Below are positions 51,556-64,000 of a stretch of DNA of 64,000 bases, one piece after another. Under the pieces are notes generated by a model. The model did not search any database and was not told the DNA's origin. It saw only the letters and a list, made by a program, of their open reading frames with translations. Source of the DNA: Cenococcum geophilum (Eukaryota); the NCBI GenBank assembly GCA_050273025.1, contig CP158635.1:32612001-32676000 (forward strand), read 5' to 3'. The first letter of the stretch is position 1. Each line of letters opens with the position of its first letter. The position numbers and the translations under genes were made by a program.

Positions 51556-51664
51556 CAGTGATCTATTTGGACTGGAGCGCCAGTTTACGTTTATCAATTT
51601 TAGGAAAGCGCTAAACCTATAATTGATAAACGTAAACTGGCGCTCCAGTCCAAATAGATCACTG
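51556..51664. mobile_element. 109-bp hAT-like MITE
   Basis: 44-bp perfect TIRs beginning CAGTGATC; perfect 8-bp TSD CTCGTCTT (51548-51555, 51665-51672). Confidence 0.92.
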
Positions 51665-51749
51665 CTCGTCTTGGCCAGGTCTGGAATATAATGGACCCAG
51701 AGGCGCACTTTCGAAGACGTGCTCTAAAGTGACTTCTGCAGATAATTCG

Positions 51750-52008
51750 TAGCAATACTGTTTGCAGTATTATAAACCCGAGCACCTCAAAATGGAGTAC
51801 TACAGCTTGAAGCAATACAACTGGGAGTACTACGGATTGTAATGCGACAACCCGGAGCACTACGGCTTGTGGCATTACAAACCCGAGCACTACAAAATGG
51901 AGTTCTACGGCTTGAAGTAATACAACACGGGGTACTATAGATTGTAATGCGACAACCCAGAGCACTACGGCTTATACTACTACAAACCAGAGCATTATGA
52001 AATGGAAA
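51750..52008 (+). repeat. 15-bp degenerate repeat with a 105-bp higher-order period; encodes EHYGL-like pentapeptides
   Basis: One frame reads EYYSL KQYNW EYYGL *CDNP EHYGL WHYKP EHYKM EFYGL... Confidence 0.75.
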
Positions 52009-52719
52009 TTACAACTAGGTTCCCCCCGACCCTCGTAGGCTTATGTACTTGTCCTAATACATGTTCCAAAAAGTGTAAACGCCTTTCAGGATTTGTTCGC
52101 ACGTTTTAGAAATATACTTTCGGTTAGGGGCTTAAACCTCTTCTTCCCCATCGTTCCATGCGCCTATCCTAATACGTGTTCCAAAAGGTGTGAACGAGGC
52201 TATTCGCATTTTTCCTATCATGCATCAGCGCGGACAGACAGCATCCTTTTCTTTTCCCATTCCACAGACCGGACTCTTGTGGAACCAGCCTTTTTTGGCT
52301 TAGCAACTTCACTCTGCTACTTATTGTCTGCATGTTCTCTTGCGTGGTGGCTCTAGTCAGCTTTTGTTCCCATTTGTAAGCCAGTTGCCGGCGGCCCCAT
52401 GTGGGCTTGCATTCCGTTTCCCTGCAATCTACGTCCAGGACAGTTGGCACCATATGTGCACCTCAAACCATTATGCGGCTACGGTCAGCAGTTGAAGGTT
52501 ATACTGGGCCAGAAATATCATACGATGCAGTCAGAGTTGCAGCTGGTAAACAGCAACTGATAACCGGAAGAACTGTGATCTAACACACGGACACAGAATG
52601 TTCAGCTCTATACGAGGGCTCTGAGCTTTCCCATCTTTCTTAATTCAACAATACAATGCCGGCCAAGTCGGGGATCCACCTATTGACCCGGCTCTAATTG
52701 AGGACTTAGAAACACCGTC

Positions 52720-53080
52720 GCATCCGCCAATGTGTCCGCCAGTAACGCTGGTGATGAGCTAACCTGCCAGTGGTCCGGGTGCGACAAGTCACTCCAGACC
52801 CTGGAAGAGCTCTATGTGCGTAAACTGATCTCAACCCAGGCCCATCCTAGTATCTTTCCGCTAACTCGTCTCCAGGATCACGCTTGCCGCCATGTTGGTT
52901 ACAAGAACGATGGAACCTTTAATTCAACCTACAAATGGAGCAGCTGCCGCAAAAAGGGTGATCGTCGTTTTAGCATGGCTGACCATATCCTTGTGCATGT
53001 CCCTTTGAAGCGATTTCTTTGCAATACCTACGGAAAAAGATTCGGGCGCAAAGAATGACTTAATCAACATAAGGGTGTAT
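52720..53080 (+). pseudogene. PacC/Rim101-like triple C2H2 zinc-finger relic
   Basis: LTCQWSGC..ELY|DHACRHVG..KWSSC..DHILVHVPLKRFLC..GKRF.R..LNQH. Intron at 52816-52875. Cys-to-Tyr changes and stops. Confidence 0.7.
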
Positions 53081-54180
53081 AGGATTAAGTAGTATTAAGG
53101 TTTATAGGGTTATATATAGAGCTTTTCGGTTTTAGAGAGGGATCGCGCTTTAGGGTATATACCGGTTTTATAGAGTTTTAAATATAAGGTATAGTTGGCT
53201 TTAGAGAATAAGTCTATTTCTTATATTAAAGATCTTTATTAATTTATTAGTATATTATAGCAAATTCGGGTAAGTCTTTTAGTAGTTCCCTATCTACTAA
53301 CTAGGCTCTAATTTTATCTAAAATAGCTCATTAAAAATGTAAGGCACATTGCCAGGGTGTACGGTAGGGAGCAGGCAAGCCGAGCATGAGTCACATAGGG
53401 AGTCGATGGAAGAGGACGATATGGTAATGAGGGTAGGCAATAGCCTAAGAGAGAGACGAACCGATGAGGAGGGAAAGGGCTACAAGCCCGAGGGGCTTAT
53501 AAGGAGGTGCCAAGGGCTAGCCGAAGGCTAGCCTTGGCGACCCCTAAGAGCCCCTAGGCGATGCAGCCGAGTAAGGGCCAAAATAACCCTTACAAAAAAG
53601 CAGTAACTTTAGCAGCTTTATTCTAACCTAGCTCGCTAATAAGGTCTAAAAATTCTAAAAAGAAGCTAGTAAAGTCCCGGTTCCGTTATTTTAGGGTTTT
53701 AAGTTTAATAATAGCTATATATTTATAGCCGGCGTTATTATATATTTATTTTAATAGAGAGATAAAGATTTTAAAATTAATAAAGGTACTATTATAGAAG
53801 AATAGATCTATAGTTTATATAGCGTCTTTGCTTAGATAAGACATTCTATAGCTAACCTTACTAGCTTTAATAGGGTATTAGTTAGAATTTATTAAAAGTT
53901 TAAAATAGAGCTTGGTTATAAAGGGATATCCCTTACGCCGCTGAGGCGTCCACAATATGTGGTCCGTGCGTGAACACCAAAAAATTAACCAGACTTGCGG
54001 CTGACAGAATATCCTGTTTATCTCGGTCCCAGACGATCAACCAATCATAAGCTGCTTACATAACAGATTAATTATCTTATGTTGTTGTCGTCTGGTACAC
54101 GGTTCGGAAATTTATTAGTCCCTTACGCCGATTTATATATAATTCTTATACAAACTCGCGCGCTATACTAAATTCTTTAG

Positions 54181-54492
54181 CTATTAATTAATAACGAACC
54201 AACGCCTTTATAAATAATCGGCTAATGTTATGTTCTAGAACTTTATAGGGCGATTCTAATGCTACCAAAATTATTGCGAACAGCCTGGTAGTTACTACTA
54301 TATTTTGCCTTAAATAAGCAAATCTCCTCTTTAAAGCTCTGCTTAAAACTCTACTACTATTAATTAATAATAAACTAACGCCTTTATAAATAATCGGCTA
54401 ATGTTATATTTTAGAGCTTTATAAGGCGATTCTAATGCTGCCAAAATTATTATAAACGGCGTTATGGTTACTGCTACATTTTGCCTTAAATA
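54181..54492. repeat. Direct duplication of ~135 bp (period ~176 bp), RIP-diverged
   Basis: CTATTAATTAATAA..AACGCCTTTATAAATAATCGGCTAATG..TTTTGCCTTAAATA at 54181 and 54357. Confidence 0.8.
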
Positions 54493-54669
54493 TTACCACT
54501 AAAATAGTAAATATTTAGCTAGAGCTATTAACTATTACCAATCCTTAACATTTAACCTCCTATATTAATATTTATAGTAGATAAATACCTAAATAGCTAA
54601 TGTATTGTATCTAGACTAACTCTGGGCCTTATTACCTGCTTTATTGCTCTTCCGCTGCCTACATAAACG

Positions 54670-55195
54670 CCTGCACGAAAGCCTGCACGAAAGCCTGCAC
54701 GAAGCCTGCACGAAGCCTGCACGACGTCTACACGAACGCCTGCACGAATACAAACTCTATATAAAGCTCTGCACAAGGCTCTGCACGAGGCTCTGCTTAA
54801 AGCTCTGGTCGAAGCTCTGGTCGAAGCTCTGGTCGAAGCTCCGGTCGAAGCTCCGGTCGAAGCTCCGGTCGAAGCTCCGGTCGAAGCTCTGGTCGAAGCT
54901 CTGGTCGAAGCTCTGGTCGAAGCTCTGGTCGAAGCTCTGGTCAAAGCTCTGGTCGAAGCTCTGGTCGAAGCTCTGGTCAAAGCTCTGGTCGAAGCTCTGG
55001 TCAAAGCTCTGGTCGAAGCTCTGGTCGAAGCTCTGGTCGAAGCTCTGGTCGAAGCTCTGGTCGAAGCTCTGGTCGAAGCTCTGGTCGAAGCTCTGGTCGA
55101 AGCTCTGGTCGAAGCTCTGGTCGAAGCTCTGGTCGAAGCTCTATACGAGGCTCTGCTCAAAGCTCTGCACAAGGCTCTGCTCGAAGCTCTACTCA
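54670..55195. repeat. Minisatellite (GAAGCTCTGGTC)n, ~28 near-perfect copies plus degenerate flanking units
   Basis: Directly visible. Confidence 0.97.
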
Positions 55196-56099
55196 AAACC
55201 TTATATAGAGCTTTAAAGCTCTACTAATACAGCACTAATATACTACGAAGGTTCTATAATTAGCTATATAACCACCTATATAATTATTATTATTAATTCT
55301 ATTTATTGCCCAATTTAGTCCCCTTTTAGGTCTAAATAGGAAAAAGCCCTATAAGGGGAAAATCCTAAGTATTTCCTTTTAGCTAGTCCTATTTGTTCCG
55401 CCTTTACCTAGCTAGTATATCTTTATATCTTCTAGTCTACCTTATATACTATACTTCCTAGGTATATTAGAAAATCTAAAAGGAGTAGTAAAAGGGTTTA
55501 GAAATTCGCTAGTAAGCCGCCTATAGCTAGGCGGGGGTATTTAGTCCTTAAGGGGCTAGAATAGGGCGTATTATTTAGTATCCTCCTATTAGATCTTATA
55601 TGCTATTTAAAACTACTAAAGAATTCCTTAGCCTATAAGCTATTTTACTACTATTTATAAGCCCCTACTTATAGAGAGTATCTAAGTAATATTATTTATA
55701 CCTACGCTAGTAAGTAGCTAGTCCCTTACTAAGCGGTAGCTATAAAATAGTAGTATATAATATACTAACTAAATAGGCCACCGGTATATATATTAAGGTA
55801 ACTAAAAAGTAGTCTATATAGGCCTAATAGGGATCTAAATTAGACGTTAAGTAATAAATAAATATTATTATATATTAAGGTAAGATATTTAGAATATAGA
55901 TATTAGCTATATATTTAGACCTAGGACCTTTATCTATAGTAGAAAAATGGCTATAGATTTTACCCTCGTTAGTCCTTTATATAAAAAAAGAGTTAGTATT
56001 AACTATAGGGTATTGTTTGTATTAACTTAATAATATAAGTAAGTTATATCCAGGGGCACGAAATACGTATAGTATCGTATACTCTTTTGGATGGTGGTG

Positions 56100-57050
56100 A
56101 CTTTTCTTTTAATTGTATATAAATAGGAGGAATTTAAGGGGTTTCCTGAGCTCGCTTAGCTCACGTAATTACGTCTATAAATTCTCGTGCGAACTTATAT
56201 AGATAGGTATTCTATATAGCTACGTCTTATATTTTTACTACCTCCTTCTATTATTACTTTTATTTAAGATCTACCTATCTTATAATTAGTATAGTAAATC
56301 TCTATCTATATTAGTAACCTCCTATCCTCTATTGCCATTATAGTACTCTACTAGTATAACGCTAGGTCTTTATCTAATAAGATAATTATTTCCTTATTTC
56401 CTTTTCTCTCTATTATTTATAGGTAAAGGGCTTCCTAGCTAGTATATTTAGGCATATTACCTCTTTAAGGGGCTATCGCTTCTTATATATATCTCGTTCC
56501 TTATATACGTTTTAGTATTTAGTATATATTTTCTTCTACTAGGTAGCCTTATACTATAACTACTCTCTATATAGTAGTTAAGTTACTATATAAGTCTAGT
56601 AGTAGAACTACTACTTCGCGTTTTAATATAGCGCGTAGTATTCTTCTATAGGCCTCTATAGTTCTATATAGGCACTAGTTTTATAGCTTAGCTAATAGCG
56701 CTAGTAAGCTTTTTACTAGTACCTTACCGCCTAGTCCTAAGCCCTAGATTTAGGAGCCGTATAGCATTATTAGCCTTACTACTACTATATATAGTAGGCG
56801 TATATATTTAAAAGAGGGTCCTTATATTAAGGTAGTTATTTATAATACTGCTAAAAGTACTACTCCTCCCTTATAAGTAGTCTATATAATATACTTATTC
56901 TAGTTTAACCTAGAGTCTACCTAAACCCCTAGGACCTTAAGAGTAGCTTCTAGTTTTACTTTATAGCCTTAGATATTTACTATTAAGACTAGGTTACTAC
57001 TTACCCTTCTTTTCCTTATAAAGTAGATAAGCTAGTAATTATCTTAGACT
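56100..57050 (-). mobile_element. RIP-degenerated non-LTR (Tad1-like LINE) reverse transcriptase relic
   Basis: Reads Y*LIYFIRKRR...LKVLGV*VDSRLN*NKYI, matching the RT thumb motif (..LIHF..LGVW.D..L.W..H). Confidence 0.7.
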
Positions 57051-58519
57051 ATATACCTGTACGGATAACGCTTAATGTTGCTATACTAGCGTAACAAACC
57101 TGCTAAAGATACGTTACTAAGAAATTTAACTTAAAAAAGTATACCTAGGAAGTTACTAATAGGCTAGTAGCTATACCTTAGGTATTACTAGAGAATATCT
57201 AAAGGATTATAAGTAACTACTTAAAAGAATACTACCTAAAGGCCTAGCCTAGAAAATACGCCTACCGTAAATAGTTACTAGAAACGGCCTAACTACTTAT
57301 AGGCGTAAAAAGGGTAAGGTAATAGTATAGCGTAATAAATAAAGCCTACTACTAATAGAGCTATAAGGCCCTAAAGAATAGGCCTAAGAAGATAATATAA
57401 AAGGAGGGTAGAAATAGCTAGCGCTAATTTCTAAAAGAAATTACCTTAAACCTTACTAAACTATATAATAAGGGACTCTAGTATATATTAAAGTAGGCCG
57501 TCGAAAACGGACTCTGCACCTGTACGTGGTGACGGCTACAAACCTAGGTCTTTGAAGTTCAGACTTAGAGCCAACGCAGAGACGTCGCACAGCGTGCGAT
57601 AGGACCTGGTGGTCGTGGTTATGAGCGTTATGGGCGGTGGTGAAAAATTTTCAGATGGTGAGATCTCGAAAACCACTACTGTGGCCCTCTACAATTCAGC
57701 TACGCTACTCTCCTATTAAGGCACCTGTACGATCCAACGTGGATATATAGCATTCGATAGCATCCCCTGACCCCCAACAGAAAGCATCGACGACCTCTCA
57801 TATCAACGAACGAGCGATCGTAAACGAGCAAACGAATGAGCAAATATACGGCCCCTCCTAACCCCTAGGGCGATCGCCCGCGGAGCATACGGTCACTCGC
57901 CGTTAATAAGTACCAAATACCCAGCAGCCTGGATTGCGACCCACGGTTTTCCTTATCTCCTTTCAACAGAGTGGTAACCCTTAGAAAGGGCCTAGCTGGG
58001 GCCTAGGCACAAAAGATACCCAATACAACATATCCCGCTGTTAGTATTACGGTAATTAGAACGGATGAATCCCCCTTACGCCTTTAATAGGCCCTAGGGG
58101 GGGGAGGCATGGCGTATATAGCAATGGTTAAATAAGAGATAGCACATATGGGATGGCCAAGATATGGGAAATAATAGTAAGACAGTAATTAAGTAGCAAG
58201 GCCTAGCTGGGACGTAGTAAACCCTAGCTTGGATAAGCTAGAGAAGGAAGCAGTGGTTCCTAAGGAGTTTAAACATCTAAGGAGGATAGGACGTAGCTAT
58301 AGGCCCGTAGGGCCACTGCTACGTACGGATATAGCAAACAGGGTTTTTTATCCTACTGAGGTGGCTTATAGGGTTTTTCCTCCCCCCCAGCAGCAAGGGT
58401 TTTTTCCCATTAATATTACTTTTCCCTTATATACGGAGTAGTCTGCGTAGGGCTAGATAGCATCCGTATTAGACGTTAATTAAAGAATTATTATTATTAT
58501 TATTATTATTATATATTAA

Positions 58520-59130
58520 AGTAAAATAGGCGAGCTGCTAAAGAGACGTTAGGGGACTTTTACCTATTTATACTTTACTAGATAGAATAGGACTAGTATA
58601 TAAATAATAATAAGAAAAATATTAAAATATTAGTAGAGGTTTTTTTTAGGCGCGGGCTAAACAGACCTATAGAATATTAGTAGCTAATTTTACCCCTTAC
58701 CTATTAATATAAGTTATATAATATTAGTAAAAGAAATAAAGGACACTATATAAAAGCTCCTTACTAGTAAAGCGTTAAGGCTAAATAAGGCAATTAAAGC
58801 TATAGTAAAAGCGGTAGTAATATTATTCGCTAACGTTATAACTACCTACCTTTAGAGAGGCAAACTACCTAAATACTTTAAAGTAATAACTATAGTCGTC
58901 TTATAAAAGGTATAAAAAAAGACCACTCTATTTTAGAAAACTACTAACCCTAAAAAGGCTCTTAAAAAAGATAGTTATAAAACGTATATAAGAAGCGGCA
59001 GAAGTATAAAAGCTACTACCGTAGATATAAATAGGCTTAAGAAAGAAAAGATTAACCCTTTTAGCCCTCTTCTTAATTACCTCTAGTATTTAAGCGGTAT
59101 AGTAAGCTTACCTAGAATATATTAGATTTA
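58520..59130 (+). mobile_element. Second RIP-degenerated LINE RT fragment, preceded by a (TTA)n tract
   Basis: Relics of TVVL.K..KKD.S, LKKIV..RI.EAAE..LLP...G.RKKR.T..AL. Confidence 0.55.
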
Positions 59131-59136
59131 TACTAA

Positions 59137-61040
59137 TGTTACGGGACGGAGGCAGTGGCTATAAAGCGTATGTATTTGAGGAGTCTATAAGATGTTGCGC
59201 GATCGATTGTAAGGGTCGAGGGCGTAAGGAGGTAATATACCTACGCGTAGCTAATATAAGCTATACGCGAGGTGTACGCAAGAGCACGGGGCTCTCCTAT
59301 AGAGGCCCCTGCGGTGGGGTTCCGTAATACTACCCCCCCTCTTATAGAGGCGGAGCTCTGGTGATGCTGTGGTTACTATATATATATAAAAGAGACACTT
59401 AAGGTATAGAAAAGAAGAAAAGGGGGGTATTGCTAAAGGCTTAAAACAACGTTATGTAATAGGGCTTGGCATCTAAGAATCCGACTAATTAGATAACTTT
59501 AACCGCTAGTCGAAGTTCCTAGATATTTTAACGATATTCTAGTTACGTAATCGCACTTTACTACAATCTAACGGCAATCTAACGGCAATTTGCCCTTACG
59601 TGGTAATATATAACGGTTTAACTCTATAAGGGCTCCTATAGAGGATTAGGTATAAAGTCTCTGCTTAGGCCTAGTTTCTATAGGTTTATATAGTAAAAGT
59701 CACTAATTAGATCCTTTGCATTTTCGAAGTCTTTCTATAGTTGCCATTCTGGCTAATCTATATCAAATCCTGTATATATAGCTCTGTAGTAAAGCCGTTA
59801 TTCTCTGCCTTTACTAAAGTATTTAGAGTTAATAATTCGTTTAACGGTCCACTTCTTATAGTTCTCGTCTTTATTCTTATCTTAGATTAGTACTAGTAGG
59901 GGTTTAGGCTATATCTGCCCTGGTAAGGGGTTAGGCTAATAGAGGTGTAGTAGCTATAGGTGAAATACGGGCTATATCCTGCGGGTAGCTAGGGTAAGTA
60001 GGAGTTCTAGCTTATATACGGCTCCCCTATTAATAACTTGTTTAATTAGATAGGGGCTAAGGTTCTTATAATTAAGTGACTTTATAGGCCTCTATATAGA
60101 GATATTACGTATATCTAGCTATACCTAGTCGCCAATATATATCTCTAGTGGTGGTGTTCTATAATAGTTAGTAAAGTAAGCCTACTTTACTTAAGCCTAA
60201 GCCATTTCTCCCTTACAGTAGTTAAGTAGATTTTTTATACGGTCTATATACTAGTTAGTAAGTAGTATCTTAAGGCGTTTTCTATATAGCAGTTTCTTAT
60301 TAATAGGTTTTGGTAGCTCTATACTAGATTGGCGGTAATAACCCTTATTCGCGAAGAACGGGGTAAGTCCTATAGTAGTTAAGACATAGTTATTCGCTAC
60401 GAATTTATTTAGTAGGAGGTAATCTACCCAGTTATCTTAACTATAGGCGACTACCTATTATAGGTACGCTTTTATACTAGCGTTAGCGTTTTCCGGTTAC
60501 CTAGTAGTTTTATAGTAAAAGGATATAGATATCTTAACGGAGATGCCAAGGCGTTAGTAGATTCGTCTCCATATATTGGAGTTAAATTATATGCCTCGGT
60601 CGGATATAATTGAGTTAGGTAACCTATATAGTCAGTAAACTTCGCGAAAGAAGGCGTTAGTAACATTGCTAACGGCTACGCCTTTAGTTAGGACGTAGTG
60701 GCGCTCTTTTATAAGTTGGTATATTATTATAAGGATGTTCTTATAGGTACGGCCATATTATTTATAGGGTAGTAGGTTAATAATAAAATCTATAGCGATA
60801 TCTGCCTATTGTTATATAGGTACTAGTAAAGGGTGTAGTAATCCTTAGTACTTTGTATTAAAGGCCTTAGCGCGCTTATAACCGTAGTAGGCGCCTATAA
60901 AGCGTTTAACTAAGTCTATTATTTTTAGCTAGAAGTAGTATCGGCTAAAAAGCTTATAGGTTCCTCTTTTACCTAGGTAGCCGCTTAATCGGAGGTCGTA
61001 GGCCATTTAGATTAGTTACTATTATTGACCCGAGGTACGA
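59137..61040 (-). mobile_element. RIP-degenerated Ty3/Gypsy chromovirus 3' half (integrase, chromodomain, PPT, LTR 59137-59329)
   Basis: Integrase relic GLLHPL.VP....DIAIDFI..L, chromodomain-like relic (~59700-59880), purine tract adjacent to an LTR bounded by TG(TA)..CA. Confidence 0.8.
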
Positions 61041-61599
61041 GTAGTCTATACTTTTAGGTTGGGTGTTTAAATTTTTAAACTCCCGCTAAGCCAGCTTTTA
61101 ATTGGTTTAAAAGTTGGCTTCTAATTAGTTAGAAAAAAACTTGCGGGCGGTAGGTTATAGCAGAATCCACGTAACGAATATCAATAGTATATCTATAGGT
61201 ATATTTGTATAGCTGAATCAGCGGCTGAGTCACGATTACGCGGGCGAGGAGGTCCGTGCGTTTGGCGACTGTGGATGTTACCCCATATCTACAGTTGATT
61301 TTTGATCGCTAGCAATGCTATACTCTTAACACCCGTCGAGCGCTATGCGTAGAGCCTGCTGAGCGCTTTCTACTCGCACTAGAATGGTAAGAATCGGCCG
61401 TGGGTTAATGAAGATATTCGCGTTTTAAGTTGCGCGCCACTACCCTAAAGCACCCTATTAAACTTATACGGCACCAAAATAAGCCCCTAGGGGGCTATAG
61501 ACGAAGGTTTTAATAGAGGACCTCTTAGTATCTTATTAGAAGTTATATATATAACTATTTTAAAGCCTTTTTACCCGCTTAAAGCCGTTTACAAAGCTA

Positions 61600-63900
61600 A
61601 TCTAGTAAGCACTGCATCTGCTCCTGCCGTAAATTAACCTACTATATAGCCGCTTCCTCGCTAACCTTTTAGACCTACGTAACCCGCTTAATCTCCTTAA
61701 TAACCTTAAGCTATAGGGAGTATTATTAAACCTCCTTTTACTAGCCGGCCCGCTATTTACTACCCTATTTAGAATCTAGCGCTACTATAGAAGGATTACC
61801 TCCTAGCCCTTTGGTCCACTTACGCTAAAAGGCCTATACGGAGTTTACCGCGCGGCTTATATAGTATATAGGTAGAGACCTAGACCTAGGCTCTAGCTAC
61901 GGCTGCGGCTGCGGCTGTTACGGCAGCGGCGGTGGCAAAGCTATACGGGAAGGAGAGCCTATAGCGCTTACCTAGGCGGATATATATCTGCTAGATCCCA
62001 TAACAGATAGAGCTAAAGGGGCCGCTTCTATAGGTGGACGCGGGGGGTTAGTAGACCGGCCCTAAGGCTATGCTATAGCTGCTACCGCAGCTATAGCTAA
62101 AGGGGCTTCTAGTTAAAATGTAAGGCCTCTGGACGTTAGCAATTAAAGCTACAAAGACTGGGCCTGCTAGGACTTATCTAAATGGTCTAATAAGTCCTTA
62201 ACCTCGCTAGCTGTCTGCTTATGTTTGGCGTATAGAGCCTTTAGTTAGTTAGTAAGGAGTAGTATAGCCTAGTAGAGAATTAATAGCTGATTTAGGCTCC
62301 CTTTTTCCTATAGGTAGGGCTCTAAATCCTGCGTAAAGGCCTTATACGCCTTATACTAGAAGATAGGGTAGCTCTATACTGGATGGCTTAGGAATATCTT
62401 ATAGAGGGCTACTAAGTCCTATAGAATGACCTCGCGGAGGTAAAAAAGAAGGTTCGTAACCCCTATAGCGGTAAGGTTATTAATCTAGTATAGCTATAGG
62501 CCAAAATAGCCCTTCTATTTGTCCAGTTTGGGCTATATTATTAATAGCAGTATATTAGGCGGCGTAATACCCACACGGCGGATTTTAAAGCAGCCTATCT
62601 GTAAGGGGTGCCCTACTATTGACCTTATAAACTCTTATGGGAGAGAGTTTAAGTAATAGCCTACTATTTGCTCTTAGTTTTACCTCCTAGCGCACTAAAT
62701 CTGGTCCTCGCTAACCCCCTTTAGCTCCGCCGTCTTGGCGCTAGCGCTCCGCCTAATATACGTCTTCTTCTTTAAGAAGACGCTAACATACTAAAAGGCC
62801 TTTACGACCCAATCTCGCTGCAAGTTATACAAGAGGGCTACCTCGCGGTCCCTACCGCCCTTAATTAGGCGTATATTATACCATACTAAGCGCCTACTAA
62901 AGTCCGGAAACGGCTTTGTACTAAAATTCCAGCAGTATAGGAGATAGAAAGCTAGCCCGCTAAGCATATAAATGAGCAGCTTTCTATTCCATAGGGCCCT
63001 AATAGTCTTAAGGCGGCCGTGCTAGTTCTACTTACCTGCGCGTATAGTGAATATTAAGGGCATATAGCGCGTAGGGCCTTTACCCTTAAACTTAAAGGTA
63101 AATAGATCTAAGATCTCGGCGGAGCGTTTATTGCCGCTATAGGTAAGTATATAGTGGCCTAGTAGGATATTAATAAGCGTGCGGAAGTAGCACTCTAGGG
63201 ATAAGGCGGCGCCCCTGGCCTAAAGCTTACGGCAGACGCTCTAGAACTCGTCCTTGGTATAGCCGTTAAGGAGGGTATCTCTACCCTTATCGGCGAACTG
63301 CTCTTTCTTGCGCTGCGCATCCCTCCGCTGTAACGTCTTTAGGTACTCCCTAACGCTATCCTCCCGCGGAGACGGGTGGCTATTTATTTCTATAGCTTTC
63401 TGCATCTAATAGAGGTCCGTTAAAGCAGTAATATAGCCGTAAACTAACCGCCATAAGAGCCGCGTTTCCTCTTAGGGTACGTTAATATTGGCTTTACGGC
63501 TCTTCCCTTTTAAGGGCTGGCTTGCAACCTCCTTAACGAGAAAGAGAAGTAGCTTATCCTCCGTAACGGTATCGCTATTATAGTACTGCTTTCGTTTATA
63601 AAAGGCCTAAAGCCGGATAATACGTTAGCTATAGGCCGCGATACTTTTAGGAGGGGGGGGGGTATTACCTTAAATTCCTTCTGCTTTGGATTATACGTTA
63701 AAGACGTATTCTTAGGCCTTATGGCATACATAAGGGCGAGGATATACTGCGCGTTAGCGCGTAATTCGGCATTATTAGCGATATTAATCTCTACGCGGTT
63801 AATCAGCGCTATTTTATATAGTAGGTATAATAGCAGATATGCTGCCGCGATTAAGGATAGGTAGGGAGGACTTTTTTATATATACTTGGGGCCTCAATGG
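61600..63900 (-). mobile_element. Second RIP-degenerated Crypton-like element (NDC10_II-like + GCR1_C-like); may extend past the window
   Basis: KKKTYIRRSASAKTAELKGVSEDQI*CARR*N*EQIVGYYLNSLP*EFIRSIVGHP (~62600-62790) and ISRAVNSV..RKWTKGLGGNPSIVALDSK*GSK*RAG..YSL.LKVIKEI (~61690-61870). Confidence 0.82.
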
Positions 63901-64000
63901 CCCTAATTACCCTACGGTCGGCGTTAATTAGCGGCTCAATTAGCAGGTGGCCCTAGATACGCGAATCTCCTCAGCTTGGCGCTGGTGGCGCTGAGGAGAT

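Noticed and set aside
54597..55216. ORFs with RAST/KLWS repeats
   Set aside because: Same minisatellite artefact, inside RIP-eroded DNA.
13067..57594. Giant mobile element (Starship-like) bounded by the inverted 30-bp motif
   Set aside because: No DUF3435 captain recognised, no target duplication, and the interval contains housekeeping genes (SRS2, FPR2).

Overview
Eukaryotic DNA from a filamentous ascomycete (Pezizomycotina). Genes have short GT-AG introns with CTRAC branch sites, and AT/TpA-rich blocks show the signature of repeat-induced point mutation (RIP). Intact genes: ERV14 (4 exons, missed by the ORF track), MAP1, BNA4/KMO, a Cys-rich hypothetical gene, MEMO1/MHO1, an intron-containing tRNA-Val(TAC), an SRS2-like UvrD helicase, FPR2-type FKBP, a secreted lysozyme-like protein, glutathione synthetase and a ~1993-aa ZNFX1-like helicase (CCCH + SF1 helicase + NF-X1 + RZ finger). 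Pseudogenes: a membrane protein, a fasciclin, an uncharacterised protein, a USP-like peptidase, a PD-(D/E)XK nuclease, a NACHT/NLR and a PacC-like zinc finger. Mobile DNA is abundant: a full-length Tc1 (DD34E) element, two RIP-destroyed Crypton-like (NDC10_II + GCR1_C) relics, a chromodomain Gypsy relic, LINE relics, nested solo LTRs, several MITE families and a repeat family carrying 12-bp minisatellites. The best candidate for an undescribed system is the nuclease-ZNFX1-NLR cluster at about 41-51 kb, which resembles a fungal defence island. All family calls come from motif recognition by eye; no database search was run.
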